NCBI GenBank assembly: GCA_026416455.1
Contig: JAOAFE010000002.1
Coordinates: forward strand, 109,942 to 173,941
Direction of reading: 5' to 3'
Length of the DNA stretch: 64,000 nt
Origin: Syntrophales bacterium
Lineage (GTDB): Bacteria; Desulfobacterota; Syntrophia; Syntrophales; UBA8958
In this document: in pieces, positions 1 through 10,853 of the stretch
Layout of the letters: every line of letters starts with the position of its first letter
Position numbering within the stretch: position 1 is the first letter of the stretch
Notes under the pieces: generated by a model
The model's input: the letters and a program-made list of their open reading frames with translations, nothing else
Databases searched by the model: none
Told to the model about the DNA's origin: nothing
Translations under genes and position numbers: made by a program

Positions 1-949
1 CACGGAGCTCTGCGAGACGGTTTTTACCCAGCTTCTCCAAATACGCCGCAAAAGAGGGCACACCGAGAATCCATTCGTCAATCCAGCGATCCAGATCTGG
101 AGGGTTCTGGCACAGGGGGTTGAACTCTTTCATAAAAGCATAGTCTTCTCCATATCCCTTCACACCCTCGACGTTTTGGACCCACATACCGCCTGGATGC
201 GCGCCAAAAGGTTCTAACGAAACGGAACGCACCATATAGGCAGGAATCTTGACGAGGTGAGAGTATTTGCGGATGAATTCAGTAGTCACTATTTTCTCTA
301 CCGTAACAATGACCCCTTCTCTGCTGGCTTTGGCACCCCAGACACTTTCACTGTAGGGTGCCGTAAGAATTGTGTTTCCCGCCCGATCGGCGGCCAGACC
401 ATGGACGATAGAGATATCGGGCACCAGGGCTCTTACGAGGCCTATCGGCTCTCCAGCGAAGGGATCATTTTGAATAAGAAAATCTGCTGAGGTAACCGTC
501 GGTAGATCGCTATTTAAGAGGGATCGTGTTGGGAGATAAGGAAGTCCCAAGGCAGCGGCCATGAGCCTCAGGGGGAGGGTCAGGATAGTCCACTCTTCCA
601 GTTCTATTTCTCTTCTTTCATAAGCTTCTCTGATTATGGGATTAGGAGCATACCAGGGATAAACATTGCCCGAAAAGGCAGTAATGACTTTTTTTATCAG
701 GCCAAGCCGAAGAAGGCAGATGGCCGTGTCTCTGATGCCCCTCATTATGAGGGTAAACTGGGGGTTACGGCGATGAAAGCGGCGCATGATTTCGTGTAGG
801 GCCGCGTAGGAGCAGTTGTGGGTTACCGCGACATGGATCTTTTGACCCGGTCGGATGAAGCGTTGAATAGCCTCGGAGGTGGGCATAACCTTATCTTCCC
901 TCTCCTCCGGAAGGGCAAAGGATTTAATTATTTCATCTACCCCTTTCAT
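1..949 (-). CDS. Family I CoA-transferase (glutaconate CoA-transferase-like), runs off the left edge of the window
   Basis: Absent from the ORF track because it has no stop in the window. Manual translation from ATG 949 (ATGA overlap with the ribD stop) gives MKGVDEIIKSFALPEEREDKVMPTSEAIQRFIRPGQKIH...LRLMAAALGLPYLPTRSLLNSD...ALVPDISIVHGLAADRAGN...VIVTVEKIV...EPFGAHPGG, typical alpha-subunit CoA-transferase motifs; frame stays open to base 2. Confidence 0.8.
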   Translation of the reverse strand, partial: MKGVDEIIKSFALPEEREDKVMPTSEAIQRFIRPGQKIHVAVTHNCSYAALHEIMRRFHRRNPQFTLIMRGIRDTAICLLRLGLIKKVITAFSGNVYPWYAPNPIIREAYERREIELEEWTILTLPLRLMAAALGLPYLPTRSLLNSDLPTVTSADFLIQNDPFAGEPIGLVRALVPDISIVHGLAADRAGNTILTAPYSESVWGAKASREGVIVTVEKIVTTEFIRKYSHLVKIPAYMVRSVSLEPFGAHPGGMWVQNVEGVKGYGEDYAFMKEFNPLCQNPPDLDRWIDEWILGVPSFAAYLEKLGKNRLAELR

Positions 950-2046
950 TTCTCATCCCTTTTGGGTTCGAGGATAAATATCCGATCTGTTCCCCTTTTT
1001 AGTAGTCGACGGATGGTAAACTTCTTCGCCTCTTCTACGTACTTAACGCCCAAATTTCCCACCGCCGATTTTCCTACCCCGATAATACAGGGTGAGATGA
1101 TAATAACCAGGCGATCGACCAGATCTCCCTTTAGAAAGGAAGTAATAACTTCCTCCCCGCCTTCAACCAGCAAAGAAGACATGTGCCTTTGACCAAGGAG
1201 GGTGAGTAGATCTTTCAAGTCCAGGTATCCAGGCTGCACTTCCCTTACTTCAAGTATCTCCAAGCCTAGGGCCTTTAATTTTTCTTTCCTCTCTGAAGGC
1301 GCGTTATGCGATGTTGCGACTAACGTCGGAATTTCACATGCCGTCGCAAAGAGACGACGGGAGAAAGGAAGGGTAAGATGAGCATCCAACACTATCCGAC
1401 AGGGGTTCTTGCCCTTCACGAGACGGGTCGAGAGCTCGGGATCATCTTGGAGAACGGTCCCTTTGCCGACGAGGATCGCGTCATGTTCTTTTCTTAAGGT
1501 ATGGGCAAATTTAAGAGCGGCGGGGGAACTGATCCACCGTGAGTGACCGGTCGGGGTCGCTATTTTCCCATCCAGGCTTTGGGCATATTTAACGGTGACA
1601 AAGGGTATTCTCTCAGTCATGAATTTGAAAAACGGGGCGTTGAGTTCTCGACAGTCTTCTGCCAAAACCCCTACGGTAACCTCTATGCCATTTTCTTTTA
1701 GCTTGGCAATTCCTTGCCCTTTAACTATGGGATTGGGGTCCTCAACTCCTATGACAACGCGGGATGGTCGCTCAGCGATGAGGCGTTCCACGCAAGGAGG
1801 GGTGCGTCCGAAATGGGTACATGGCTCCAGGGTGATGTAGAAGGTGGCATCTCGAACGGATTCCTTTGCGTTTGAAAGGGCATTTATTTCCGCGTGGGCT
1901 TCTCCACAGCAAGCATGCCAGCCTTCTCCGATGATACGGCCTTCTTTTACGATGACGCAACCTACCATCGGGTTAGGACTTACCCGACCCGCCCCGCGAC
2001 GGGCCAACTTTAGGGCCCTCTTCATATAGAATTCATCGTCCATCAC
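946..2046 (-). CDS. ribD: Bifunctional riboflavin biosynthesis deaminase/reductase
   Basis: PNPMVGCVIV, HAE, TLEPC-x8-PPC zinc motifs; SLDGKIA and LVEGG reductase motifs. Confidence 0.97.
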   Translation of the reverse strand: MMDDEFYMKRALKLARRGAGRVSPNPMVGCVIVKEGRIIGEGWHACCGEAHAEINALSNAKESVRDATFYITLEPCTHFGRTPPCVERLIAERPSRVVIGVEDPNPIVKGQGIAKLKENGIEVTVGVLAEDCRELNAPFFKFMTERIPFVTVKYAQSLDGKIATPTGHSRWISSPAALKFAHTLRKEHDAILVGKGTVLQDDPELSTRLVKGKNPCRIVLDAHLTLPFSRRLFATACEIPTLVATSHNAPSERKEKLKALGLEILEVREVQPGYLDLKDLLTLLGQRHMSSLLVEGGEEVITSFLKGDLVDRLVIIISPCIIGVGKSAVGNLGVKYVEEAKKFTIRRLLKRGTDRIFILEPKRDEK

Positions 2047-2163
2047 TGTTCGCCTGATAACACCCTATAGCACGATTCTTTTTGATCGGAAATGAGCATT
2101 TTCCCATTGACCATGATTAATCATTATTGTACGGAACTATCACCATGCTCCAGGAGGTAGCAC

Positions 2164-2895
2164 ATGAAAGGCATTGTCCTCGCAGGTGGACTTGGTACGA
2201 GGATGTATCCCTTGACCAAGGTGACGAATAAGCATCTTTTACCTGTCTACAACAAACCCATGATCTATTATCCTATTAGAACTCTCGTCAACGCCGGCAT
2301 TGACGAAATCCTAATCGTGACGGGTGGAAACAACGCTGGTGATTTCCTTCGACTTCTGGGCAACGGGAAAGAATTCGGCCTCAAGCATTTGAATTATACT
2401 TATCAGGAAGGTGAAGGAGGAATTGCTGCCGCTTTGAGCCTGGCCGAGTTTTTTGCTGATGGTGAGAAAATATGCGTTGTTTTGGGGGACAACATCATAG
2501 AAAAAAACATCCGCGCCGCCGTCAAGGCCTTTGAGGAACAACCACGAGGGGCCCGCATCCTGCTCAAAGAAGTGCCTGATCCACAAAGGTTTGGTGTGCC
2601 TGTGTTCGAGAATGGTCGGATCATAAGAATTGATGAAAAGCCGTCCGTACCTGCTTCCAATTATGCCGTAATCGGTATCTATATGTACGACCATCGGGTT
2701 TTTGACTTTATCCGCAATCTAAAGCCTTCCGACCGAGGAGAGTTGGAAATCACGGATGTGAACAATTTCTACATTCAGGAAGGCACACTGGAATGGAGCG
2801 TGTTGGATGGGTGGTGGACGGATGCAGGTACCTTCGATTCTCTCCTCTATGCATGCAACATGGTGAAAAAGACAGGGGCAAACAGGCTTGACTGA
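2164..2895 (+). CDS. rfbA: Glucose-1-phosphate thymidylyltransferase (short RmlA/SpsI type)
   Basis: GIVLAGGLGTRMYPLT, KHLLPVYNKPMIYYP, EKP, RGELEITD, WTDAGT; SD AGGAGG upstream. Confidence 0.88.
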   Translation: MKGIVLAGGLGTRMYPLTKVTNKHLLPVYNKPMIYYPIRTLVNAGIDEILIVTGGNNAGDFLRLLGNGKEFGLKHLNYTYQEGEGGIAAALSLAEFFADGEKICVVLGDNIIEKNIRAAVKAFEEQPRGARILLKEVPDPQRFGVPVFENGRIIRIDEKPSVPASNYAVIGIYMYDHRVFDFIRNLKPSDRGELEITDVNNFYIQEGTLEWSVLDGWWTDAGTFDSLLYACNMVKKTGANRLD

Positions 2896-3647
2896 TGTAT
2901 GTCATCGCGTTCATCATTGGAGCAATTGTTGGGAGCTTTCTCAACGTTTGCATCAGTCGCATTCCTCGCGGGGAATCTATCATTCGCCCCCCGTCTCATT
3001 GTGTCACCTGTGCTACCCCGCTAAGTTGGTATGAAAATATACCTATTTTTAGCTACCTCTTCCTCCGCGGAAAATGTCGACACTGTGGTACTTCCATTTC
3101 TGTTCGCTATCTTTTAGTGGAAATCTTTGCGGCCTTAGGGGCGGTGGGGACTTGGATTCGATTCGGACCTGGAACGGAAGGGCTTATCGCCTTTGTTTTT
3201 TTCTCTACCCTCCTTGTGGTGTCCGTCATCGATTTTGAACATCACATAATTCCGCATATTATTACCCTGCCGGGGATCCCCTTCTTCCTGGTAGGGGGTG
3301 TACTTTTTATGGGGGTGAAACTCACAGATGCTCTCATTGGGCTGGCGGCGGGCATTTCTATCCTCTATCTGGTCGCCGTTTATTACGAAGCCATCACCGG
3401 TATTGAGGGAATGGGAGGAGGGGACGTAAATCTCATAGGTATGATTACAGCTTTCTTTGGATGGCAGTCTTTGCCGGTGGTACTTTTCTTTGCTGCCTTT
3501 ATCGGTGCCTGTTGTGGTTTGATCTTTATTCTGGCAAAGGGGCGCACCTTAAAAGAAGCCATACCGTTTGGTCCCTTTCTTTCTTTGGGAGCCATCATTT
3601 ATCTTTTCTCCGGTCGGGAAATTTTGGGATTCTTCTTGACGACTTAG
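2895..3647 (+). CDS. pilD: Prepilin peptidase (A24)
   Basis: GSFLNVCISRIP, two CxxC pairs, catalytic ID and GMGGGD, IPFGPFL. Confidence 0.95.
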   Translation: MYVIAFIIGAIVGSFLNVCISRIPRGESIIRPPSHCVTCATPLSWYENIPIFSYLFLRGKCRHCGTSISVRYLLVEIFAALGAVGTWIRFGPGTEGLIAFVFFSTLLVVSVIDFEHHIIPHIITLPGIPFFLVGGVLFMGVKLTDALIGLAAGISILYLVAVYYEAITGIEGMGGGDVNLIGMITAFFGWQSLPVVLFFAAFIGACCGLIFILAKGRTLKEAIPFGPFLSLGAIIYLFSGREILGFFLTT

Positions 3648-3702
3648 CCAATCGTAGATAATTAAAAAGTCTTTTTGTGAGAAAAGAAAGGCGGGGTCTT
3701 AT

Positions 3703-5367
3703 ATGCGTTCGGAACTTTTTTTTATACTCGATGGAGCGGTTAAGACAGCTCAAGCAGAGGCTTCCTTACCGAAAGTAGAGCTTCCCCCCTGGGAGCTGAC
3801 TCCTTCTAAAGAAGAATCTCACGGCGATTATGCCTCCAATGTAGCACTCGTTTCTGCCCCCTATTTTAAAATGTCGCCCCGTAAGATTGCTGAGATCTTG
3901 GTTGAGCATTTAGACGACACGAATAATATGATAGAAAAAGTAGAGATCGCTGGACCAGGTTTTATCAATTTTTTCATCCGAGAAGAGCGATGGTTGATGG
4001 AGCTGGCGGGAATCCCGGAGGCGGGTGACGATTGGGGACGGATCAATCTAGGACAGGGAGAAAAGGTACAGGTAGAATTTGTAAGCGCCAACCCCACGGG
4101 ACCACTTCATATCGGACATGCCCGGGGAGCAGTTATCGGTGATGTGATTGCCAACATCCTCGCCTCGGCTGGCTATGATGTATGGCGGGAATACTATATT
4201 AACGATGCGGGGAACCAGATGCAAACCCTCGGTCGCTCCGTCTTTTACCGTTATCGAGAATTGGGGGGGGAAAAGTTGGTTTTCCCGGAGAATTGCTACC
4301 AAGGCGAATATGTGAGAGAATTGGCGAAAGAAATTTGGGAGAGGGAAGGAGGAAAGTTCCTCTCCCAGCCAGAGGAAGAAGCCATTAACTTTTTTGCCGA
4401 TTACTCCGGGCAGAAGATATTGGAAGGAATCAGAGCCGATCTTAAAGCCTTTGGTGTTGAGTTTGATTGCTATTTCAGCGAAAGGGAACTCTACCGACAA
4501 GGGGCGGTGGAGGTTTTGTTGCAAGAACTTACGGAGAAAAATTTTATTTACGAGGAGGACGGAAGTCGCTGGTTTCGTTCAACTCTTTACGGAGATGACA
4601 AAGACCGGGTGGTGGTAAGGAGAACAGGCGAGCCGACGTACTTTGCGGCCGACTTGGCATATCATTTAAACAAACTCTCTCGCGGCTTTAAAAAACTTAT
4701 CGACATTTGGGGAGCCGATCATCATGGGTACGTACCACGGATAAAAGCGGGCCTCCGTGCCCTCGGTTATAAAGAGGACACGCTTAGGGTCATTCTCGTT
4801 CAGCTGGTAAACCTGCTGCGGGATGGCGTTCCCGTTGCTATGTCGACGAGGTCAGGTGAATTCGTAACTCTGAGAGAGGTGCTCGATGAGGTTGGGAAGG
4901 ATGCTGCGCGTTACAATTTTCTCATGCGTAGGTCTGACAGTCACCTCGATTTCGATTTGGAGGTGGCCAAGAGGCAATCTATGGAAAATCCGGTCTATTA
5001 TGTCCAGTATGCCCATGCGAGAATATGTAGTATCCTCCGAATGGCCGAGGAACGGGGAATAGAAACGACGGGTTGTATCGAAAAGAGTAGCTATAGACTT
5101 CATCTGCCGGAAGAGCGGGCCTTGATAAAGGCAGCCGTGAGATTCCCGGAAATTGTAGAGGGGGCTGCTCTTATGTTGGAACCGCATCGGGTTACATTCT
5201 ATCTTAACGAAGTGGCTGGTTTATTTCATAGTTATTACAATCGATATCGGGTCTTGGGGGAAAACGAGGAAGAAACACAGGCACGTCTGTTCCTGATTAA
5301 TGCTTTACGGGTTGTCTTCCGAAACGGTTTAACATTGTTGGGTGTTTCGGCACCGGAAAGAATGTAA
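3703..5367 (+). CDS. argS: Arginine--tRNA ligase
   Basis: [15 protein letters not shown] (HIGH), [26 protein letters not shown]-terminal APERM. Confidence 0.98.
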   Translation: MRSELFFILDGAVKTAQAEASLPKVELPPWELTPSKEESHGDYASNVALVSAPYFKMSPRKIAEILVEHLDDTNNMIEKVEIAGPGFINFFIREERWLMELAGIPEAGDDWGRINLGQGEKVQVEFVSANPTGPLHIGHARGAVIGDVIANILASAGYDVWREYYINDAGNQMQTLGRSVFYRYRELGGEKLVFPENCYQGEYVRELAKEIWEREGGKFLSQPEEEAINFFADYSGQKILEGIRADLKAFGVEFDCYFSERELYRQGAVEVLLQELTEKNFIYEEDGSRWFRSTLYGDDKDRVVVRRTGEPTYFAADLAYHLNKLSRGFKKLIDIWGADHHGYVPRIKAGLRALGYKEDTLRVILVQLVNLLRDGVPVAMSTRSGEFVTLREVLDEVGKDAARYNFLMRRSDSHLDFDLEVAKRQSMENPVYYVQYAHARICSILRMAEERGIETTGCIEKSSYRLHLPEERALIKAAVRFPEIVEGAALMLEPHRVTFYLNEVAGLFHSYYNRYRVLGENEEETQARLFLINALRVVFRNGLTLLGVSAPERM

Positions 5368-5370
5368 GGG

Positions 5371-6069
5371 ATGAAGGCAAAAAATACCCGCCCTTTTGAG
5401 CTGAAGTTGGGAAAAATGGCCATTGTCCTGACCATTATGGGTTTTTCCGTGCTCGTTTTCTTGAGTTTTCTCTTGGGGGTAAAGGTGGGCATGAATATAG
5501 AGACTTACCCGAAGGAAATCGCCTGGGGAATACCGGCCAAAGTTGTGCGATTACTAGGTCTACCTAGGTCACCCGGTAAAGTAGAGGTGCCCCCTATTGT
5601 ACCTGCTCCGTCCGTTCCAACGGAGTCGGAATCGCCACCTACTGCCCGCGAGGTGCCGTCACCTACCGCTGAGCCGGTAAAATCGGCCATATCTCCTAGC
5701 ACGGAGATAGGAAAAACGGCGCTTGAGGCCCCTCCCGCGCCGGGTGCGCCTGTGGTGAGTGAAGAGCCAGTTAAATCGGCGGAACCCCCTCTTCCTAAGA
5801 CGGGTAAAGCGGCTCCCGAGGGGGTGTTTATAGTGCAAGTCGGGTCTTTCAAAGACGAAAGAAAGGCCCGAGAGGTAAGCGGAAAGATAAAAAGCCTGGG
5901 GTTTCAATCCCGCATCCGTACAGTAGATATCACAGGTAAAGGCCGATGGCATCAGGTTACGATTGAGAGATTTACGAGCAAGGCCGAGGCGGAGAAAGCG
6001 ATGGAAAAGGTGATGGCCCAGATCAAGGGGTTAGATTGCGTCATCAGAAGGGTAGACAGGGGACAGTAA
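5371..6069 (+). CDS. SPOR-domain membrane protein (FtsN/DedD-like)
   Basis: N-terminal TM helix, Pro/Ala-rich linker, C-terminal SPOR domain (FIVQVGSF...); usual position after argS. Confidence 0.85.
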   Translation: MKAKNTRPFELKLGKMAIVLTIMGFSVLVFLSFLLGVKVGMNIETYPKEIAWGIPAKVVRLLGLPRSPGKVEVPPIVPAPSVPTESESPPTAREVPSPTAEPVKSAISPSTEIGKTALEAPPAPGAPVVSEEPVKSAEPPLPKTGKAAPEGVFIVQVGSFKDERKAREVSGKIKSLGFQSRIRTVDITGKGRWHQVTIERFTSKAEAEKAMEKVMAQIKGLDCVIRRVDRGQ

Positions 6070-6072
6070 GAA

Positions 6073-7407
6073 ATGTTCGAGACATTGACTGAAAAATTGG
6101 ACAACATTTTTAAGAAACTAAGAGGCCGCGGGAGATTGGATGAGGAGCAAGTAAACGAGGCCCTACGAGAAATAAGAATGGCCCTCCTGGAGGCAGATGT
6201 TAATTTTAAAGTGGTTAAAGACTTCATTGAGGATGTGCGGAAAAAGGCTGTGGGTCAAGAAATTCTAGATAGCATCGCTCCAGGGCAGCAAGTGGTGAAA
6301 ATCGTTTACGATAGGTTGGTTGAGCTCATGGGTGGAACCACGAGTTTTATCCGTTTTGGAAACCGCATTCCTGCCCCGATTATGTTGGTGGGGTTGCAAG
6401 GTAGCGGGAAGACGACGACGGCCATAAAACTAGCCCTCCACCTGGCAAAACAACAAAAGAGAGTAGCAGTAACCTCTGTAGATGTCTATCGGCCGGCTGC
6501 CAGGGAACAGCTAATACAGCTGGGTAGGTCGTCGGGTGTGTATGTCGTCGAGGTAGAGGGAGGACAAGATCCGGTGGGCATGAGTGAGAGGGCTGTTTTT
6601 GAAGCTCGCCGGCGTGGCTATGAAGTACTTATTCTCGATACGGCCGGGCGTCTTCATATCGATAACGACATGATGGAAGAACTGAAAAGAATTAAAGACG
6701 CTATCCATCCCGCTGAGATACTGTTTGTGGCAGATGCTATGACGGGACAGGAAGCGGTGAACGTCGCTGCCCGTTTTGATGAATTACTGGCTATTGATGG
6801 GGTCATTATGACGAAGCTGGACGGAGATGCTCGGGGTGGTGCGGCTCTTTCCCTCCGAGCGGTGATAGATAAACCGATCAAATTCGTTGGCGTAGGGGAG
6901 AAAACGGATGCCTTGGAGGTCTTTCATCCTGAGCGCATGGCCTCACGCATCCTGGGAATGGGTGACATCGTATCGTTGGTGGAGAAGGCCCAAGCCCACG
7001 TGGATGAGAAAAAAGCACGGGAGCTTGAGCAAAAGATACGGAAACAGGAGTTCACCTTGGAAGACTATCGTGAACAGCTCCTTCAAATAAGGAAAATGGG
7101 TTCCTTGCGGGAACTCCTGGGTATGATTCCCGGTTTTGGTCGGATCAAGGCAATGGGCAATCTAGACCTGGACGAGCGAGAGCTGGTAAAAATTACTGCG
7201 ATTATAGATTCTATGACGCGCAAGGAGCGCTTGAATTACCATATAATAGACGGCGAGAGGAGGAGAAGGATAGCAAAAGGAAGCGGAACCACCGTTCAAG
7301 ACGTAAATCGCGTACTTAGGAGTTACGAAGAGCTGAGGAAGATGATGAAAAAGCTCTCGACGAAAGAAGGCAAGAAGGCATTAAAGAGGCACAAATTTCC
7401 CTTTTAA
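6073..7407 (+). CDS. ffh: Signal recognition particle protein
   Basis: ALLEADV, GLQGSGKTT, DTAGR, TKLDGDARGG, M domain. Confidence 0.98.
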   Translation: MFETLTEKLDNIFKKLRGRGRLDEEQVNEALREIRMALLEADVNFKVVKDFIEDVRKKAVGQEILDSIAPGQQVVKIVYDRLVELMGGTTSFIRFGNRIPAPIMLVGLQGSGKTTTAIKLALHLAKQQKRVAVTSVDVYRPAAREQLIQLGRSSGVYVVEVEGGQDPVGMSERAVFEARRRGYEVLILDTAGRLHIDNDMMEELKRIKDAIHPAEILFVADAMTGQEAVNVAARFDELLAIDGVIMTKLDGDARGGAALSLRAVIDKPIKFVGVGEKTDALEVFHPERMASRILGMGDIVSLVEKAQAHVDEKKARELEQKIRKQEFTLEDYREQLLQIRKMGSLRELLGMIPGFGRIKAMGNLDLDERELVKITAIIDSMTRKERLNYHIIDGERRRRIAKGSGTTVQDVNRVLRSYEELRKMMKKLSTKEGKKALKRHKFPF

Positions 7408-7481
7408 AGAAAAACGCTTTGTGTTATAAGTAAACTTTACGCAAGTTGAACATGACTTTTAGGAGGTGGTAAGAGGCGGAG

Positions 7482-7730
7482 ATGGCTGTTAAAATTAGAC
7501 TTACGAGAATGGGGGGGCACAAGAGGCCATTTTATAGGCTTATTGTAGCCGATTCCCGTGCGCCCCGGGATGGACGCGCCTTAGAAGTGGTTGGGCATTA
7601 CGATCCCCAGAAGGATATGGAGGAGGTAGTAATTAAAGAGGAACGCATTCGGGAGTGGCTCGCTAAGGGAGCACGTCCTACGCCCATCGTTTCTCAGATT
7701 TTGGAAAAGAAAGGTCTAAGGGTTAATTAA
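7482..7730 (+). CDS. rpsP: 30S ribosomal protein S16
   Basis: [11 protein letters not shown]...[16 protein letters not shown]. Confidence 0.98.
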   Translation: MAVKIRLTRMGGHKRPFYRLIVADSRAPRDGRALEVVGHYDPQKDMEEVVIKEERIREWLAKGARPTPIVSQILEKKGLRVN

Positions 7731-7774
7731 TATAATTTTACCTTGCGAAAAAAAATCCAGCGGAGGTGGTAGCG

Positions 7775-8005
7775 ATGAAGGATCTAATCAAATACATAGC
7801 CCAGGCTTTGGTGGACCATCCAGAACAGGTGGAAGTTTCGGAAGTGGTCGGCGAGCAGACATCGGTCATCGAGTTGAGAGTGGCAAAAGAGGATTTGGGG
7901 AAAGTAATAGGTAAACAAGGTAAAACGGCGAAGGCCATGCGAACCATTTTGAGCGCCGCCTCAACCAAGGTTCGCAAGAGGACCGTTCTGGAAATCATCG
8001 AGTAG
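7775..8005 (+). CDS. khpA: KH-domain RNA-binding protein
   Basis: [19 protein letters not shown] GxxG loop; SD GGAGGT before ATG 7775; sits between rpsP and rimM. Confidence 0.93.
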   Translation: MKDLIKYIAQALVDHPEQVEVSEVVGEQTSVIELRVAKEDLGKVIGKQGKTAKAMRTILSAASTKVRKRTVLEIIE

Positions 8006-8515
8006 TTGGAAGGGTTCTTTGAAATAGGAAGAATCGTCAAGCCCCATGGACTCCGGGGCCGCCTGAAGGTAAGATCCTATCTATTGGAACCGGAGAAGAT
8101 CTTGCCCCGCGTTCGGGAAGTGGTCCTCTCCCGCGCAGGTGAGTGGCAGGGTGTGTACGGCCTGAAGGAGTGGCATCGGCAGGGCAACTTCGTCGTTCTG
8201 GAAATAGAAAAAATAGTTGATATCGAGGCGGCAAAAGCCCTGGTGGGATGTCTCGTCTGGGGTGAGAGGGAATATCTCGAGCCGCTCCCGGAAGGGGAGT
8301 ATTACTGGTGTGAGCTAATAGGCATGGAAGTGGTGACCGAGGAGGGGGAGGCAATCGGTCTCCTAAGGGCTGTTTTGCCTACGGGCAGTAATGATGTCTA
8401 TGTGTGCACCTCGGAGACGGGCGAAATCCTCATTCCAGCCATAGCCGATTGCATCCGCGAGGTAGATCGAACGAGTAGGCGAATGGTGGTACGTCTCCTT
8501 CCAGGGCTAAGATGA
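8006..8515 (+). CDS. rimM: 16S rRNA processing protein RimM
   Basis: [34 protein letters not shown]. Confidence 0.95.
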   Translation: MEGFFEIGRIVKPHGLRGRLKVRSYLLEPEKILPRVREVVLSRAGEWQGVYGLKEWHRQGNFVVLEIEKIVDIEAAKALVGCLVWGEREYLEPLPEGEYYWCELIGMEVVTEEGEAIGLLRAVLPTGSNDVYVCTSETGEILIPAIADCIREVDRTSRRMVVRLLPGLR

Positions 8516-9270
8516 TGGGTATTATTTTTGACATCCTCACGATTTTTCCCGGGATGTTTGACTCGCCTTTTGGGCATAGTTTGATTAAAAAGGCGCAGGA
8601 ACGACGTCTCGTGGAAATTCGCATCCACGATATCAGGGCGTATGCGACGGACAATCAACGCATGACCGATGACTATCCTTACGGTGGGGGTAGTGGCATG
8701 GTCATGAAGGTTGAGCCCGTCGACCGCGCGTTAGAGGCCCTGAATCTTCCGGCCGAGGGGGAAGTTATACTTCTTACTCCCCAGGGAGAGAGGTTCAACC
8801 AGGACTTGGCCCATAAACTCGCCGGCGTGCCGCGCATCGTCCTCATCTGTGGTCACTACGAAGGGGTAGATGAGAGGGTGAGGGAACATTTGGCCACGCG
8901 AGAAATCTCAATAGGTGACTATATTCTTACGGGTGGAGAGTTGGCCGCCATGGTGATTGTGGATGCGGTTGCGAGATTAATTCCAGGTGTGGTGGGGAAC
9001 CCTGATTCCATAAGGGATGATTCGTTTTCCGGTGGACTCCTGGAATACCCACAGTATACGCGCCCCGTCGAATATCGAGGTTGGCGAGTGCCGGAGGTGC
9101 TACTGTCCGGTCATCATGAAGAAATAAGGCGCTGGCGGAGGAAGGAATCCCTCAGAAGGACTTATCTGAGGCGTCCAGACATGCTTAAAGGCGTTGAGTT
9201 GAGTGAGGAGGATGTCAATTGGCTCAAAGCTCTCGGGTGGAGTCCAGAGGAGAATTCGCGATTGCCCTGA
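8512..9270 (+). CDS. trmD: tRNA (guanine-N1)-methyltransferase
   Basis: [43 protein letters not shown]. Confidence 0.98.
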   Translation: MMGIIFDILTIFPGMFDSPFGHSLIKKAQERRLVEIRIHDIRAYATDNQRMTDDYPYGGGSGMVMKVEPVDRALEALNLPAEGEVILLTPQGERFNQDLAHKLAGVPRIVLICGHYEGVDERVREHLATREISIGDYILTGGELAAMVIVDAVARLIPGVVGNPDSIRDDSFSGGLLEYPQYTRPVEYRGWRVPEVLLSGHHEEIRRWRRKESLRRTYLRRPDMLKGVELSEEDVNWLKALGWSPEENSRLP

Positions 9271-9800
9271 TTCACTACCCTGTCTATAACCGAAAGGGTG
9301 AAATCTGCACCACATCCGTGGTAAATGTTGACATTCACGATCTATCGAGGCTAGGCCGAACATACGGGGCAATCAGATTTTATGTCGTGACTCCTCTTGA
9401 GGCTCAAAGAGAGCTCGTGCTGAAACTTATGAGGCACTGGACAGAAGGGTATGGGGCACGATTTAATCCTTCTCGAGCCGAGGCCCTGCTTCTGGTAGAA
9501 GTAAAGCCCGGACTTGATGATTGTGTGGAACACTTGGAAAGTATTACGGGGGCGCGGCCTTATATTTGTGTGACTGGTGCCGGCCTGAAGGACGATGTCG
9601 TTTCCTATGAGGAGATGAAAGAGATGTTAAAAAGAGGGAAGGCCCCCTTTTTGCTCGTTTTCGGTACCGGTTGGGGGTTGGCGGATGAGGTTGTAAGAAA
9701 GGCCCACTACCGTCTTGCCCCAGTGGAGGGGGTAAAAGGCTTTAATCACCTATCCGTCAGGTGCGCGGCCGCGATCATCCTCGATCGGTTGTTTAAGTAA
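9219..9800 (+). CDS. SPOUT-family RNA methyltransferase (Tm1570/DUF2168-like)
   Basis: [33 protein letters not shown]; TTG start preceded by GAGGAGG at 9205-9211. Confidence 0.88.
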   Translation: MAQSSRVESRGEFAIALIHYPVYNRKGEICTTSVVNVDIHDLSRLGRTYGAIRFYVVTPLEAQRELVLKLMRHWTEGYGARFNPSRAEALLLVEVKPGLDDCVEHLESITGARPYICVTGAGLKDDVVSYEEMKEMLKRGKAPFLLVFGTGWGLADEVVRKAHYRLAPVEGVKGFNHLSVRCAAAIILDRLFK

Positions 9801-9821
9801 AAAACATGAGGAGTTAGTACC

Positions 9822-10172
9822 ATGTCAGACATAATGGAAGTGATTGAAAAAGAAAACATGAGAACTGACATTCCCCCCTTTAAGGCGGGAGATAATGTGA
9901 AGGTGTATGTACGCATTATCGAGGGTCAAAAGCAGAGAATTCAGGTCTTCGAAGGGGTTGTGATTCGTCGGACCAAAGGATTAAACCGGGCCAGTTTTAC
10001 CGTTCGTAAGATTTCTTACGGTGTTGGGGTCGAAAGGACCTTTCCCCTCCATTCCCCAGTTATTGAAAGGATTGAAGTGGTAAGTCGAGGCGCCGTCCGG
10101 CGGTCGCGTTTATACTATCTTAGGGGTTTGAGAGGTAAAAAGGCAAGGATCAAGGAAGAGGGTAAGATCTGA
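9822..10172 (+). CDS. rplS: 50S ribosomal protein L19
   Basis: [37 protein letters not shown]. Confidence 0.98.
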   Translation: MSDIMEVIEKENMRTDIPPFKAGDNVKVYVRIIEGQKQRIQVFEGVVIRRTKGLNRASFTVRKISYGVGVERTFPLHSPVIERIEVVSRGAVRRSRLYYLRGLRGKKARIKEEGKI

Positions 10173-10229
10173 AGGCATTTGAGGGATAGAAAGTAGGCCC
10201 TTCCGACCCAAGTAAGGGACGTAGAGGCA

Positions 10230-10853
10230 TTGGAATTAACCTTTTACGAAGCGTATCTTAACCGAGAAGGCTTCATCCATGTGGCTGGAGTGGACGAGGC
10301 GGGACGAGGCCCTTTGGCAGGGCCGGTAGTAGCGGCGGCCGTCATTCTCCCTGTTGGGTATTTCCATCCGGAGATTAGGGATTCCAAGCAATTAAATCGG
10401 AAAAAGAGGGAGGTTCTCTATCAAATAATCCATCAAGAGGCCGTTGCCGTAGGGGTGGGGGTAGTGGAACCTTCCATCATTGACCGAGTCAATGTTCTCA
10501 AAGCCACCCTGATGGCCATGAGTGAAGCGGTTTACGGTCTTGAGGTGAAACCTGACTATCTACTCGTCGACGGCAATATTCGTATCCCTTGTCCCCTGCC
10601 TCAGAAGGCGATCGTAAAAGGTGATAGGTTGAGCATCTCGATTGCAGCCGCCTCGATTGTGGCCAAGGTTTCCCGAGATTGGATCATGGAGATATACGAC
10701 CGACAGTATCCCCACTACCTTTTCGGACGCCATAAGGGTTACGGGACGAAAGAACATTGGGAGGCCATAGAAAAATACGGCCTCTGTAAAATTCACCGTC
10801 GGTCATTCTGCCAGAAAGGGGCCGACGAGTTGCCAAAACTTCCTTTCGAATGA
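10230..10853 (+). CDS. rnhB: Ribonuclease HII
   Basis: GVDEAGRGPLAGPV, DSKQL, SIAAASIVAKV, HKGYGT. Confidence 0.97.
   Translation: MELTFYEAYLNREGFIHVAGVDEAGRGPLAGPVVAAAVILPVGYFHPEIRDSKQLNRKKREVLYQIIHQEAVAVGVGVVEPSIIDRVNVLKATLMAMSEAVYGLEVKPDYLLVDGNIRIPCPLPQKAIVKGDRLSISIAAASIVAKVSRDWIMEIYDRQYPHYLFGRHKGYGTKEHWEAIEKYGLCKIHRRSFCQKGADELPKLPFE

Noticed and set aside
9200-9270. Programmed -1 frameshift fusing TrmD to the Tm1570-like protein
   Set aside because: No X XXY YYZ slippery heptamer in the overlap, and the downstream gene has its own SD and TTG start
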